Assembly (NCBI GenBank): GCA_040143965.1
Contig: JASJQH010000067.1
Coordinates: 1-34,228 of the forward strand
Length of the DNA: 34,228 nt
Reading direction: 5' to 3'
Source: Basidiobolus ranarum
Taxonomy: Eukaryota
A program made the translations under genes and the position numbers. A model generated the notes under the pieces. The model was not told the DNA's origin. It made no database searches and worked only from the letters and a program-made list of their open reading frames with translations. Shown here in pieces: positions 12,698 to 23,980 of the stretch (positions are counted from its first letter, which is position 1; the number at the start of each line of letters is the position of its first letter).

Positions 12698-13218
12698 ATG
12701 CTTCGTGCTCGTTCTGCCATTTTACGCCTTCCCGCAGTTCGTTTGTATTCCTCAAACTTAACTGTTCCTCAGAGCGCTACTCCTGAGATACTTAAGCAAT
12801 CTGTTAACCGCGAGGGAACTTGGAGTCTTACTCAACAAACCAAGAAAGATGCTTTCAGTAATGCTCGTTTTGAACAAACAGATCTTGCTGCTCAGGTATA
12901 GGTTAAAATAGTGGACGCTTTTTATACATAACGACTTAATCTTCGATTTCAAATTCTAGCCTAGCCCTATGGCGGCCATTGAGTTAATCCATGAGGTCCC
13001 CATCAAATTCGTTCAAGCACGTAAGGTTACTTGTAACGGTGGAGGTGGTGCTCTTGGTCATCCTAAAGTGTATATCAATCTTGATGATACCGACAAACCT
13101 GTATACTGTGAATACTGTATGTGTTTAATATCGAGTAACTTTATATCCACAGTACTAATACTTTCACGTTACTTTAGGCGGCTTACGCTATCAACAAGAA
13201 TCTCATCACCACCACTAA
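12698..13218 (+). CDS. NDUFS6: NADH:ubiquinone oxidoreductase zinc-finger subunit (NDUFS6/NUMM)
   Basis: Mitochondrial presequence, [45 protein letters not shown] (zf-CHCC); 3 exons. Confidence 0.95.
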
Positions 13219-13827
13219 ATTATTCTACAGGCATCTACTCAATCGCACCTTTTAATGTAAAAGAGCGTTTCTCAACCTTCCCTTCACTAATGATTTCTTT
13301 GTGGTTAATGAATCATTTCAAACATTTACAGATAAACTCACATTAACAAGAATTTTCGCATATACATTATAAATATCTTGAATTCGATATATTCAATAGA
13401 AAATATAGAATGAAATTGGATATTAGTTACGTTTAATTGAACCATTCCATAAGGTCTAAGCTAGAAAGCCAAAACTACATGATTTATAAGATATGTAATG
13501 GTTGGAATTGAAAATTGTTACTTTGGTAGTATGCAGCATTGGTTTTGTTTTCCTAGTTCCATAATGGAATTATATTTGGGAATATATAGGCGGGTGTTGA
13601 ATACATAAAGTAGTGTTTATTTTGATTGACAAGAAAAGATATCATACTCATGCAAACTCTTAGTTATGATCTAACATCAGATGAAGTCTTCCTTTATATT
13701 AACATGTATAAATTGGAATAATGATCAGATCCCGATGTGGGCCGAAATTTAAAAGAGGGTACATGGATGTGGTATATGAGCTCTCAAACTTCATCAGGTA
13801 ATCTTTCTCTTATACTCACCACAGAAC

Positions 13828-14002
13828 GTGCGTGCCATAGTCGGACCTTTTAGTATCCTTTTTTAATATTGCGTAGAAAGTGCATGTTTTGATTGATTCA
13901 TAAATATCATTGTTAATTATGATACATCCATCCGCCGAAAGTAGTATTTATCTTTAACTCGAGTACTAACTAGCTTCTGTCCATCATAACACTTACTGAC
14001 AG
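13828..14002 (+). other. probable 5'-UTR intron of RPS0
   Basis: GTGCGT donor after a pyrimidine tract, TACTAAC branch point at 13964-13970, and TACTGACAG acceptor ending 1 nt before the ATG. Confidence 0.55.
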
Positions 14003-14003
14003 C

Positions 14004-14825
14004 ATGTCTCGCTTGCCCGCCGCTCTCAACGCTACCGAGGAGGATATCCAACTCCTTCTCTCCGCTCAAGCCCATATTGGTACCAAGAACTGTGAGGTTG
14101 CTATGCAACCCTACATCTGGAAGCGTCGTTCTGACGGTATCAATCTTATCAACGTTGGTAAAACTTGGGAAAAACTCGTCTTAGCTGCCCGTATCATCGC
14201 TACTATCGAAAACCCCTCTGATGTTGTTATTATTTCTGCTCGTCCTTACGGACAACGTGCTGCTCTTAAGTTCGCTTCTTACACCGGTGCTCAAGCCGTT
14301 TCTGGCCGTTTCACCCCCGGTACCTTCACCAATTACAACACTCGCGCCTTCAAGGAGCCCCGTTTGATTATTGTTACCGACCCCCGTACTGATCATCAAG
14401 CCATTACTGAAGCTTCATATGTTAACATTCCTGTTATCGCTCTCTGCGATACTGATGCTCCTTTGAAGCACATCGATTGCGCCATCCCTATCAACAACAA
14501 GGGTAAGCACTCTATCGGTTTGGCCTACTGGTTGTTGGCTCGTGAAGTCCTTCGTCTTCGCGGTACCCTTCCTCGTGATTCTGCTTGGGATGTCATGGTT
14601 GATATGTTCTTCTACCGTGATGCCGAGGAGGCTGAGAAGGAAGCTGCCGAGGCTGCTGCCGCCGAGAAGGAAGGCAACTGGGAAGCTCCTGCTGAAGCTG
14701 ACTGGGATGTTACTGGTGATTCTGCTGCCGTTCCTGTCGCCGCTATTGCTGGTGACTGGGCTGCCGAAACCTCTGACTGGACTGCTGATGCCACTGGCGC
14801 CGCTCAATCCTCATGGGATGCTTAA
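14004..14825 (+). CDS. RPS0: 40S ribosomal protein uS2 (S0/SA)
   Basis: Intronless ORF with [52 protein letters not shown] and an acidic DW-repeat tail. Confidence 0.99.
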   Translation: MSRLPAALNATEEDIQLLLSAQAHIGTKNCEVAMQPYIWKRRSDGINLINVGKTWEKLVLAARIIATIENPSDVVIISARPYGQRAALKFASYTGAQAVSGRFTPGTFTNYNTRAFKEPRLIIVTDPRTDHQAITEASYVNIPVIALCDTDAPLKHIDCAIPINNKGKHSIGLAYWLLAREVLRLRGTLPRDSAWDVMVDMFFYRDAEEAEKEAAEAAAAEKEGNWEAPAEADWDVTGDSAAVPVAAIAGDWAAETSDWTADATGAAQSSWDA

Positions 14826-15463
14826 ATTTATTGTATTTGATAAATTATATTGAATAAAGTAGTTTTAAACGTCAAACAAACATACACCATTATATGATTG
14901 ATAAAGCATTGTATGAAGTACGACAATACAACTGATTCCAGTACGAACTAATTATAGACATGTGTATGGTACATGCTACTTTGAATCAAACTGAACACAT
15001 GGTATATCTGCTATAATTGTAGTGAAAGCAACATTCGGCAATGGACTCTCATTAACTGATTGATAATGAATATATATCACAAATGGTAGGCATCTGGCTT
15101 TAATGCCATATATTTGATTGTACGTCTTATCTACCTATACGAGTTTATCAGTCCTCCAAGAAATTTGCAGAATGTAATATCCTTCGTTGATGGTTTCATT
15201 GCCATCTCTACCTTATCATAACCATTTGGTATACACTGAATTTAATGACAGCGTGAATTCTGTAGACTTAACCCAATCTCCTTGCGAAGAATCTATCCGA
15301 TATTCACATTTAATGATCTATTAGAGAATTTTATTTATCAACCCGTAATATAGCTTCCTAATTGAGAATTCTACTATCCATTGAAAATATGTGAGTGTTG
15401 TTTAGCAACAAATGCTGATAATACGTGGTACATCATGGATTTCGATACGAGATATTGATTATT

Positions 15464-15998
15464 TTACAAAGTACTTCTCAAGACTACAACACGAAAAGGA
15501 GTTAGTATCGAAATTCATTGAAGAATGGTGTAAACATAGGAACTTACCAAGAATGACTGAATCACCACGAAGGAACATCTTGCTAATGAATCTGTCCTTG
15601 TTGACAGGCTTGGCTTTCTTCTTACCCTTACCAGTTCTTGGTGTTTCAGTCCACATCTAAGGATAAGTTAGTTAGTAAAATTCTGCAGGAATTTATGTTC
15701 GATAGACATCTATTTACTTCTTTGACATTCTCTAACACCATATTGCAATGACGATCGAAAGCCTTCACACGAGCCAAAAGCTTACGATTATTACGACAGT
15801 TAATCAAGATTTTTGTGTGATTTTTGACTGCTTGTTGGAGCACAGAAAGAGGTCCACTATTGAATTCTTCTTCCTCAAGCTTGTGTAGCTCTTCCTCAGT
15901 CATCTCAGATTTAGGTTTAGCACTAAATAGAAATCACATTAGTATTAGCGTGATTTACTCTTCTATATTAAACTAATAATTATTAATAAGTACCTCAT
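15464..15998 (-). CDS. SMD2: small nuclear ribonucleoprotein Sm D2
   Basis: 4 exons (15994-15998, 15718-15922, 15548-15656, 15464-15483): [73 protein letters not shown]. Confidence 0.97.
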
Positions 15999-16414
15999 TA
16001 TGAAGGTAGATGATTGTGTGAATTGACTGATCTAAAAGACGACTTCACACGTTGTATATTTGCTTGCAAAGAAAAACCGTTGCGTGGATATATTCTCGCG
16101 ACAATGGTCAATAAAATTCGTGTACCCTGATAGGTTGAAAGGACTTTTTTTTTCTTTTATATTGATACTAGTAAATCAATTTTTTTAGGAGATTAGATGA
16201 GTTAATATAAGTGTACGAGGGGTTAAATTTAATCAATCATTAGTCATCATACGCTAACCTCCCCTTGATCAACAAAACCCCATGCGATTTGCTCAGAATT
16301 ACCCCAGACACGCCCCAACTCTCAGGCCAGAATTCTGTATACGAACAGTTTTCAACAGAGAAGACAGGCTTAGTTGGTTCTTTGTTCCCTTCCACATCCA
16401 ATTATTCAGTAAAA

Positions 16415-16756
16415 ATGGCCTTTGCTTGGAGAGCTGCTAACGTTAGGTACAGTGATATTATGGACATATAACCTTTACCCTCACCCGTTGACATGATTTT
16501 TAACACTTAACCCATTCGTGTAGTTACGTTCAATACTCACAAATTTGCGCTAAAGCTGTTCGCAATGCTTTGAAGACTGAGCAACGTCTTGTCGCCCAGA
16601 AGCGTGATGAACAAGGTCTTAAGTATGCCAAGTGGGCTAATGGAAAGCAAGGAGAATTGGTATGTATTTCTCTTGGTGTTCAACATTTTCGTCATTTTCT
16701 TTTTACTAAAATACTTTATTACTTAGAAAAATGTCGCTGCTGAGACCCCTATTTAA
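16415..16756 (+). CDS. ATP15: mitochondrial ATP synthase F1 epsilon subunit
   Basis: 3 exons: MAFAWRAANVSYVQYSQICAKAVRNALKTEQRLVAQKRDEQGLKYAKWANGKQGELKNVAAETPI*. Confidence 0.93.
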
Positions 16757-17104
16757 ATCTTTAAAATCATTGTCCAACTCGCAACTTTCATATATTCTAC
16801 AATTACTTCATCACTGCATTCGAAATTATCTGAAATATGATGTTTCTTGCTTAACAATAAAACTCTCTTAAATCGTCTGCTTTACATATATGTTCGGCAG
16901 ATAGTTTTCGAAGGATTTAACATATCTATTTTTTGGAATACAATTCAAACATCTTAAAATGCTATCAATCTAGGAATAGCAAAGTTCTTATATATATGTA
17001 CATATATATAGATATACATACATATCATGTGAACGAAGATTATAACATCAGAATATATGGTTCGAATAATTGAAGTTTATTAAAAAGTGTAATTGAACTT
17101 TTGT

Positions 17105-17721
17105 TTAGCAAACGGTACCAGAGCTGGAAGCAATTCTAGGCCACAAATCGGCACATTCCTTACCAACGGGACCGGTAATAGCAGAACCCTTCATTTCACC
17201 CTTGGGGTTAACAATAACACCGGCGTTATCCTCAAAGTAGAGGAAGACACCATCGCGTCTACGCCAGGCTTTACGTTGACGAATAACAACAGCAGGCATA
17301 ACCTTCTTACGAAGATCGGGCTTACCCTTCTTGACAGTGGCCATGACCATATCTCCAACACCAGCAGCAGGGAGTCTGTTCAATCTACCCTTGATACCGG
17401 TAACGGCAATGATATAAAGATTCTTGGCTCCAGAGTTGTCAGCACAATTGATGACGGCACCAACTGGGAGACCAAGAGACATACGGAACTTGTTGCCAGA
17501 GGCTCCTCCGCGTCCTATAGGTGAGAAAAGAGAAATAAGTACATTTCGAGCTGAGATAGTGCTACGCTTGATACAATCGATTTCATCCAAATAACTTTCT
17601 ACCATTCATCCATTATTCGCACAATAGATGAAATTCAAGTCATGTACCCATTGGGTTCGGAATAAAAGAACTGCTATGCACAAGAAAAAGTAAGTAAAAA
17701 TTACATACCACGCTTAGACAT
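17105..17721 (-). CDS. RPL23: 60S ribosomal protein uL14 (L23)
   Basis: Exon 1 17709-17721 (MSKRG), intron 17515-17708, exon 2 ..[52 protein letters not shown]. Confidence 0.99.
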
Positions 17722-17974
17722 TTTGATAAGGTAAGTGGTGGAAAAAGGACGAACTTACGCTCGTGGTACCCGTTTTGTCCTTTGTCAAAAACTACTAATT
17801 TCCACTTGGTCCCGAGTTGAAAAGATTTGTGAACAAAAAAAGTGGCTCTCTAGAAACAGCAATTACCTGAAATATAATATATAAATATATACAATCTGTT
17901 ATCTAATATTCAGTCCATATTGAATTTTATATTTATTATTTATACCAAAGTGCTCAATGAAAACATGATCTAGT

Positions 17975-17983
17975 ATCACGTGA
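17975..17983. promoter_or_regulatory. palindromic E-box (Cbf1/bHLH-type) in the RPL23/RPN8 divergent promoter
   Basis: ATCACGTGA matches the RTCACGTG consensus and lies between head-to-head genes. Confidence 0.4.
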
Positions 17984-18156
17984 GGATTTCATCAATTTGC
18001 TTCAGAGCAGGCAACGTAGGAAGAAGGATAGGACGATTGCGTCATAATATTTTACGTCTTCACGCTGTTGAAAGAAAAGACGAGTTTGTATTAACATTTC
18101 AACAGACGGTTGTTATATATATATTCTAAACCTCATACACACCAAAAATATCCAAT

Positions 18157-19340
18157 ATGTTGGCAAACACCATCGCTGATAAAGTTATCGTTCATCCTCT
18201 TGTTCTCCTCTCTGTGGTCGATCACTACAACAGAGTTGCTCGTAACACTAAGAAGCGTGTATTGGGTGTATTACTTGGACAAAAGATTGGCAACAACGTT
18301 AATGTTGCCAATAGTTTTGCTGGTGAGTTAACTATTTGAAACATTGTATATTATTTTACTATTACATTCCTTTATTTACTCGAATGGTGAATTGCTCGAT
18401 ATTTATTTTTCCTTTTGAAACAATTATCTAGTTCCTTTTGAAGAAGATGAGAAAGATCCCTCCGTATGGTTCTTGGACCACGATTATGTTGAATCTATGC
18501 TTAACATGTTCAAGAAAGTCAATGGTATGTCATAATTTTATTAGGCCATCATGTGGATGTACTACTGCTTACTAAGGAATTGTTTAGCTAAGGAAAAGAT
18601 GATTGGCTGGTATCACAGTGGACCTAAACTTCGCTCCGCTGATTTACAAGTTAACGAACTTTTCAAGCGTTATACTCCTAACCCTGTTCTCGTTATTGTT
18701 GATGTTAAGCCTAAGGATATTGGAATCCCTACTGATGCTTACTTCGCTATCGAAGAAATTCATGATGTAAGCTATAACCAGACTTATGAAATGTATGGTT
18801 TATTCAAAATTTTAATCTTTACCTACCCATCTCTAGGATGGTACCGCTACTACCAAAACATTCATGCACGTTCCCTCTGAAATTGAAGCTGAGGAAGCCG
18901 AGGAAATCGGTGTAGAGCATTTATTACGTGATGTAAAGGATAACGCCGTCGGTACCTTGTCCACCCGAGTCACTAATCAACTTCAATCCTTAAAAGGATT
19001 GGGATCTCGTCTTGTTGAGATTAGTGAATATTTACAAAAGGTTGTTGCTGGTGAACTCCCAGTGAACCACCAAATCATTCATAATCTTCAAGATATGTTC
19101 AACCTTCTACCTAACTTGAACGTCAATGATACTTCCAAAGCATTCTCTGTCAAGACTAATGACCAGATGCTCGTCATCTACCTGTCTTCTTTAATCCGTG
19201 CTGTCATAGCTTTACATAATCTCATCAATAACAAGGTTTCTAACCGTGAATCGGAGAGAGACGCGGATAAAGCAGAGGCAGCCGAAGAGAAGGACAAAGC
19301 TAGCGAAACAACATCCAGTGCTGTCGCTTCTGTCAACTAA
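18157..19340 (+). CDS. RPN8: 26S proteasome lid subunit Rpn8 (PSMD7)
   Basis: MPN domain [56 protein letters not shown]; 4 exons. Confidence 0.98.
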
Positions 19341-19879
19341 AAAGAAGTATATAGACAAACAAGAGAAAGAATGGAAGTGAGAAGTTTTCTATTCAAGAGA
19401 ATCCCACTCTTTGTAGTTATCTCAGCTTACACTCTATTTAATTGTCTTAATGTATCGCACATACTCTACTATACTATACTGTTCCTTTCTCTCTCACCAC
19501 CCATTGCCTGATTCATGCTTTGTAAACCATATTTTTTATAAAATCCAAAAATTCCCCATTTCTCACCCGAATGTGGTATTTAATGTATGGTATCGATATT
19601 TTCCATAATCCAGATAAGATGAAAGAATTTTTAGAATTCCATATTAAATATTTAATCCAGTGATGGAATTTACCTGTCAATGCAGAAATTTTGAATTGTC
19701 TAGATTTCATCAGTGTTTAAGAAAAAAATGTCACCAATCTAGCCCGTGACTAAGTGTTGGATGGGTTTTTTTAAGATGGTGCATTACTATGGGAAGGGTC
19801 TCTCTTTCCACGTTACCATCTTTTGGTGTTGGATATCGCATCTCTTTTGTTTGGTCATCCATCCAGTTAATTGTTAAAC

Positions 19880-20526
19880 ATGCCCCCAAAGTCCGACCCT
19901 AACGAAGTTAAGATCAGTAAGTGAAGTCTTCCAAATGCATCAATACCACCTGGATATGTAATTGACCGAAATTGCTTACTTTTATTTTCTAGTCTACCTC
20001 AGAGCTACTGGTGGTGAAGTTGGTGCTTCTTCTGCTCTTGCTCCCAAGATTGGTCCTCTCGGTCTTTCCCCCAAGAAGGTCGGTGAAGATATTGCCAAGG
20101 CTACTCAAGACTGGAAGGGTCTTCGTATTACCATTCAATTGACCATCCAAAATCGTCAAGCTGCTGTTTCAGTTGTCCCCTCTGCTTCTTCCCTTGTCAT
20201 CAGAGCCCTCAAGGAGCCTATCCGTGATCGTAAGAAGGAGAAGAACATCAAGCACAGCGGAAACATCACCTTGGATGATGTTATCGAAATTGCCAGAACC
20301 ATGCGTTTCAAGTCCTTGGCTCGTGAGTTGAAGGGTACCGTTAAGGAAATTCTTGGTACTTGTTTCTCTGTTGGTTGTACCGTTGATGGACAAAGCCCTA
20401 AGGATCTTTCCGATTCTATTGATGATGGTGAAGTCGAAATTCCCGTAAGTTGCATACTCCCTATTACCTTCCTAAGAACCCAATTAACCCTGAAATCTAT
20501 TTCATTGATTGTTTTAGGAAAACTAA
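19880..20526 (+). CDS. RPL12: 60S ribosomal protein uL11 (L12)
   Basis: [54 protein letters not shown]; 3 exons. Confidence 0.99.
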
Positions 20527-20762
20527 GAGATGAAACTCAATTAGTAATTGCTAGGAATTTGGTCGAAACCCTCAATAAAGTTAATTTGAAATTTAACTCA
20601 GTTTAGTGTGTTTCTTTGAGTGCATTGTTATTTAGTTAAACAAAGGGAATTTATTTGGGGTAATATATAGCATATCAAAAATACGAAAGTGAGCTTGTTG
20701 CTTATAGATGTGTGTAAGACAGTCAGCCATTGAACTGATATCTTGTCTGAAGGTAAAAATCT

Positions 20763-21041
20763 CTAAAGGAGACATGCTTTAATCGGGATTCCCAACAAAG
20801 TCAAGTCCAAATTGATATTGCGATCACATTTCTTTTCCGTTGGTTCATCTTCATTTGGCTTGACATCAACCACACTATCTTCACCGTTTATAATGACTGA
20901 TTTCTTTCCTTCATTGGCCAGCTTTGAGTTATCTACTGATGGCGTAGCAGAGCCACCGAGGTTAGGAGATATGTTCTGAAGAAGCCCGGCAGAAGCGAAG
21001 CTGGTAATTCCAAGTAAAAGTAAGGGTTGGAAGTATTTCAT
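20763..21041 (-). CDS. small secreted protein, 92 aa, unknown family
   Basis: Intronless ORF from ATG 21041 with signal-peptide-like MKYFQPLLLLGITSFASA, a polar spacer and C-terminal KKCDRNINLDLTLLGIPIKACLL*. Confidence 0.7.
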   Translation of the reverse strand: MKYFQPLLLLGITSFASAGLLQNISPNLGGSATPSVDNSKLANEGKKSVIINGEDSVVDVKPNEDEPTEKKCDRNINLDLTLLGIPIKACLL

Positions 21042-21725
21042 ATTTTTGTAATAAGACTGGAGATGAGAGTGTTTGATACATAAAAGAGTCTTCACTAGTG
21101 ATATTTATTCAAATCCATCCATGTACCTCTTCGTGGAGTTCTCTATGAAATGTTGATTTTCCTGCGTTATTGGTATCATCATTTCTCTCACATGCGATAT
21201 AGTGAAAATTAGCTGCACTCTGATATCAGTAGAAACCTCGAGTTTACAACATCGGTCAAGAAGCAAATAAACCAATATTTCATTTGCCTCATGCATTCAG
21301 TGCATCGAATACTTAAGGGGCCGAGCTGAGAGTATAATACATATGTAACCCTACGAATACAAAACTTTATATGGCAATAGCAATATCGGAATTATACATG
21401 AGTCAAAGCAAATGTTGAGAAATAGCTTAATGTGAACACACAAGCCCAACCCCATTCCTACACACAAAGGTATAAATGGACGAGTATGTCTATCTAATCA
21501 TACACGACAAAACGGTATAGAGTTGAAACAAGAACAAAAGCGAGGATCAACACTACAGTGCTTGGAAAAAAGGAACCCAACTAGAGTCGCACATTAAGTA
21601 AATGAATAACAAACAAATAGATTTAGCATCGGATGCACAAGATAAGGGAGATGCAAAAAAACTCCAATAAAGGACGGAAAGTGTATATCTGAGCACGGGA
21701 ATGATACGTTGAATCAAGAGATGAC

Positions 21726-22605
21726 TTAAAATGTGGACCAAGACCAGTCTCGAGGAACAGATGCTATGGGCTGAATGAACGGATCAGCAGCTAATTAAGA
21801 TGTTAGAATGTTAAACAGCGCAATGTTTAATATCATTAAACTACATACGTCTTGTGGGGTTGTTGATATCTAACCCAATGCTGTTATTGGGGGCAGGGGC
21901 AGCTGGTGGTGGGCGTGCTTGTGACTCTGGAATGTGGATGAAATGAAATGATGAATATCGAGATGTTGATTTTAAGATAAAGTGAGATGGTATTGCTACT
22001 TACCAGTTTGTCGACTCAACTCTTTTTGAGCACCACTGATTGCACGTCGTGGAGCAGGTCGCTTAAAGCTATTTGAGCTTTCTTGGAAGCATCGATCGCA
22101 GGCACGACATAAAGTTCCACCGGCATTGAATTCTGCATTTTGATCCAGGCGGATAAATTTAGAAGAGCATTTTGCACAAAAGACATTTCCACATCTATAG
22201 GGTGTGAGTTTGTTTAATATTTTATAAGCTCAATATTGATAAGATATGCTTGAGAAATGTATATTACCTGCGACAGTGATGTTTTCGCTCAAAGAAATTA
22301 AATTGCACTTCACAGGAAGTACAGAAATCTGTAACACCATCCGGCTATTCGATTATCAATAAGTTAGTATAGAGTTTAAATTGAAAGGATCTGTTTGTTC
22401 TAACCTTCCAATGATCTCTTGTTGGGGGGCCGGTTACGACAGTTCTTGGCTCTTGTGGTGAAGAGGCTTGAACTGCTCGACTTAGTTGCCTCTGAATGGC
22501 AGGATTTATGTTGTTTCCGGTAGAGCGACTTTGGGGTGCTTGACTTGGCGGGGCCATGGGAAGTTGTTGTGTATTTTGGGGAGGAGTAGAAGGAATAGCT
22601 GCCAT
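21726..22605 (-). CDS. PIB2: FYVE-domain protein with Pib2-type C-terminal tail motif (203 aa)
   Basis: Exons 22405-22605, 22268-22344, 22004-22194, 21849-21926, 21726-21790: PTRDHWKPD..CTSC..RKHHCRRCGNVFCAKC..CRACDRC; ends SVPRDWSWSTF*. ATG 22605 lies in CCACCATGG context; there is an alternative in-frame ATG at 22653. Confidence 0.82.
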
Positions 22606-23374
22606 GGTGGGATTGGTGGGTCTTTTTTTTCTAGTTAAAGCATAAACATCCATACTTGGTTTTTTTTCTTTGTCTAATAAACAAGCAGTTGTTGCTGAAG
22701 AAACAAACAGGGGTATGTAGCGTTGAGTAGATAATCCAAGAAAATAAACGAGTTGAATGGATGAGTAGTAAGGAGTTCAAATAAGCTCAAGTACGGAACA
22801 AACAGTTAGAGGTTTTGGCCAGTTTACCAAATGACTTTAATTAAAGCTTCAAGGATGATACGGGATGGGATGGATAAAGGAAATCACCGATCTACTTGAT
22901 TTAAACAAAAAAGAAAGCTGAGGTGTGATTTGTGGATTCTTTACTATTATTTTCTACATAGACAGTGGGGTGGAATCCGGATCGGTTCTTGATTTTCATT
23001 TGCCAATGGCTATTTCTGTTAATTGTCGTGGGCCTTTTACTCAATGTCCTGAACTCGTTGTTTAATATCCCAAATTGGCCAAACTGAGGATTTCGTGGGG
23101 GTTAGGGTTAACTGACTGATAACTCGATACTGCATGCCAAAGAACGCAAAATAAGCACCATTTCTGAGTTCAATCTTTCGTTGGGTGATCAGGGTGACTA
23201 GTATTCCCATAACTGAATATTTTATCATCGCAGATTCTTCCCTGGCATTTAAAGATATACTATATTTGGCATTCCAATCTCTAATCGAGTCAGTGGTTAG
23301 CTATATATCCTTGGAATGCTCGAGTTTGAGCGAGTTCATTGGTTAAAGGCTAATCTATGATTGCCAGCAAGGAC

Positions 23375-23410
23375 TACTCTCACACATACGCTCACTCATA
23401 CGCTCATACT
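23375..23410 (+). repeat. 3 x 12-bp imperfect tandem repeat
   Basis: TACTCTCACACA TACGCTCACTCA TACGCTCATACT. Confidence 0.7.
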
Positions 23411-23980
23411 GACGATCCTTTTGACAAGGATGTTTGAATTCATGTTGGAATGCAGCGAGTGTTACATGGAGGTATCATTATGATCACAATTGAATTGACC
23501 TCTCTGAACCTGGGACAACGCAGGAGATCTACACCGACACCTACCCTTGGACTCACTTACGTGGTCAATGTACTCCTACAGAAATGCTTGAGACTAAAAT
23601 CGGAGTTGCATCGCAGTTAATACTATTGCATCAATATGGTGAGAGAAATAAGAGTGCGTTTCAAGCGGCGTGTAACAATATGGTTACAAGAGTGGTGGGT
23701 GTGAGTGTGAGTGCTATTTGTTAATGAAATGGGGATTTAATTGAAAAGCCATGCCCCAAACGAAAGATATTTAGCACATATAGCTCGGGAGATTTTCAGA
23801 GTTGCAGGTTTCCTTATTGATAATGTAGATCGGATAATGATCGCTCAGAGCCCACTCTGAATAAAGATAAGGTACAGACAAGCCAGTTCCTGGTGTAAAA
23901 TGAGATCATTAATACTACTCACTTCTTACTGAAATTTCATTACTTTGTGCTTTCTCTAAAAATTCTCTACTCATGCACTT

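Noticed and set aside
14181..14853. Antisense and alternate-frame ORFs over RPS0 (likewise over RPL23, RPL12, BAG6 and the SNF2 gene)
   Set aside because: Shadow ORFs produced by codon bias or low complexity of the real genes.
12698..20526. Run of highly expressed housekeeping genes as a functional cluster
   Set aside because: Unrelated pathways and mixed orientations; consistent with an ordinary compact gene-dense region.
23097..23112. TAACCCTAACC as a telomerase RNA template
   Set aside because: Similar motifs occur at 9390 and 12337 in other intergenic regions, and I saw no pseudoknot or other TER element; a DNA-binding site is the simpler explanation.
23417..23432. TTGACAAGGATG resembling U6atac snRNA
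   Set aside because: The upstream AAGGAGAG/AGC catalytic motifs and the rest of U6atac are absent.
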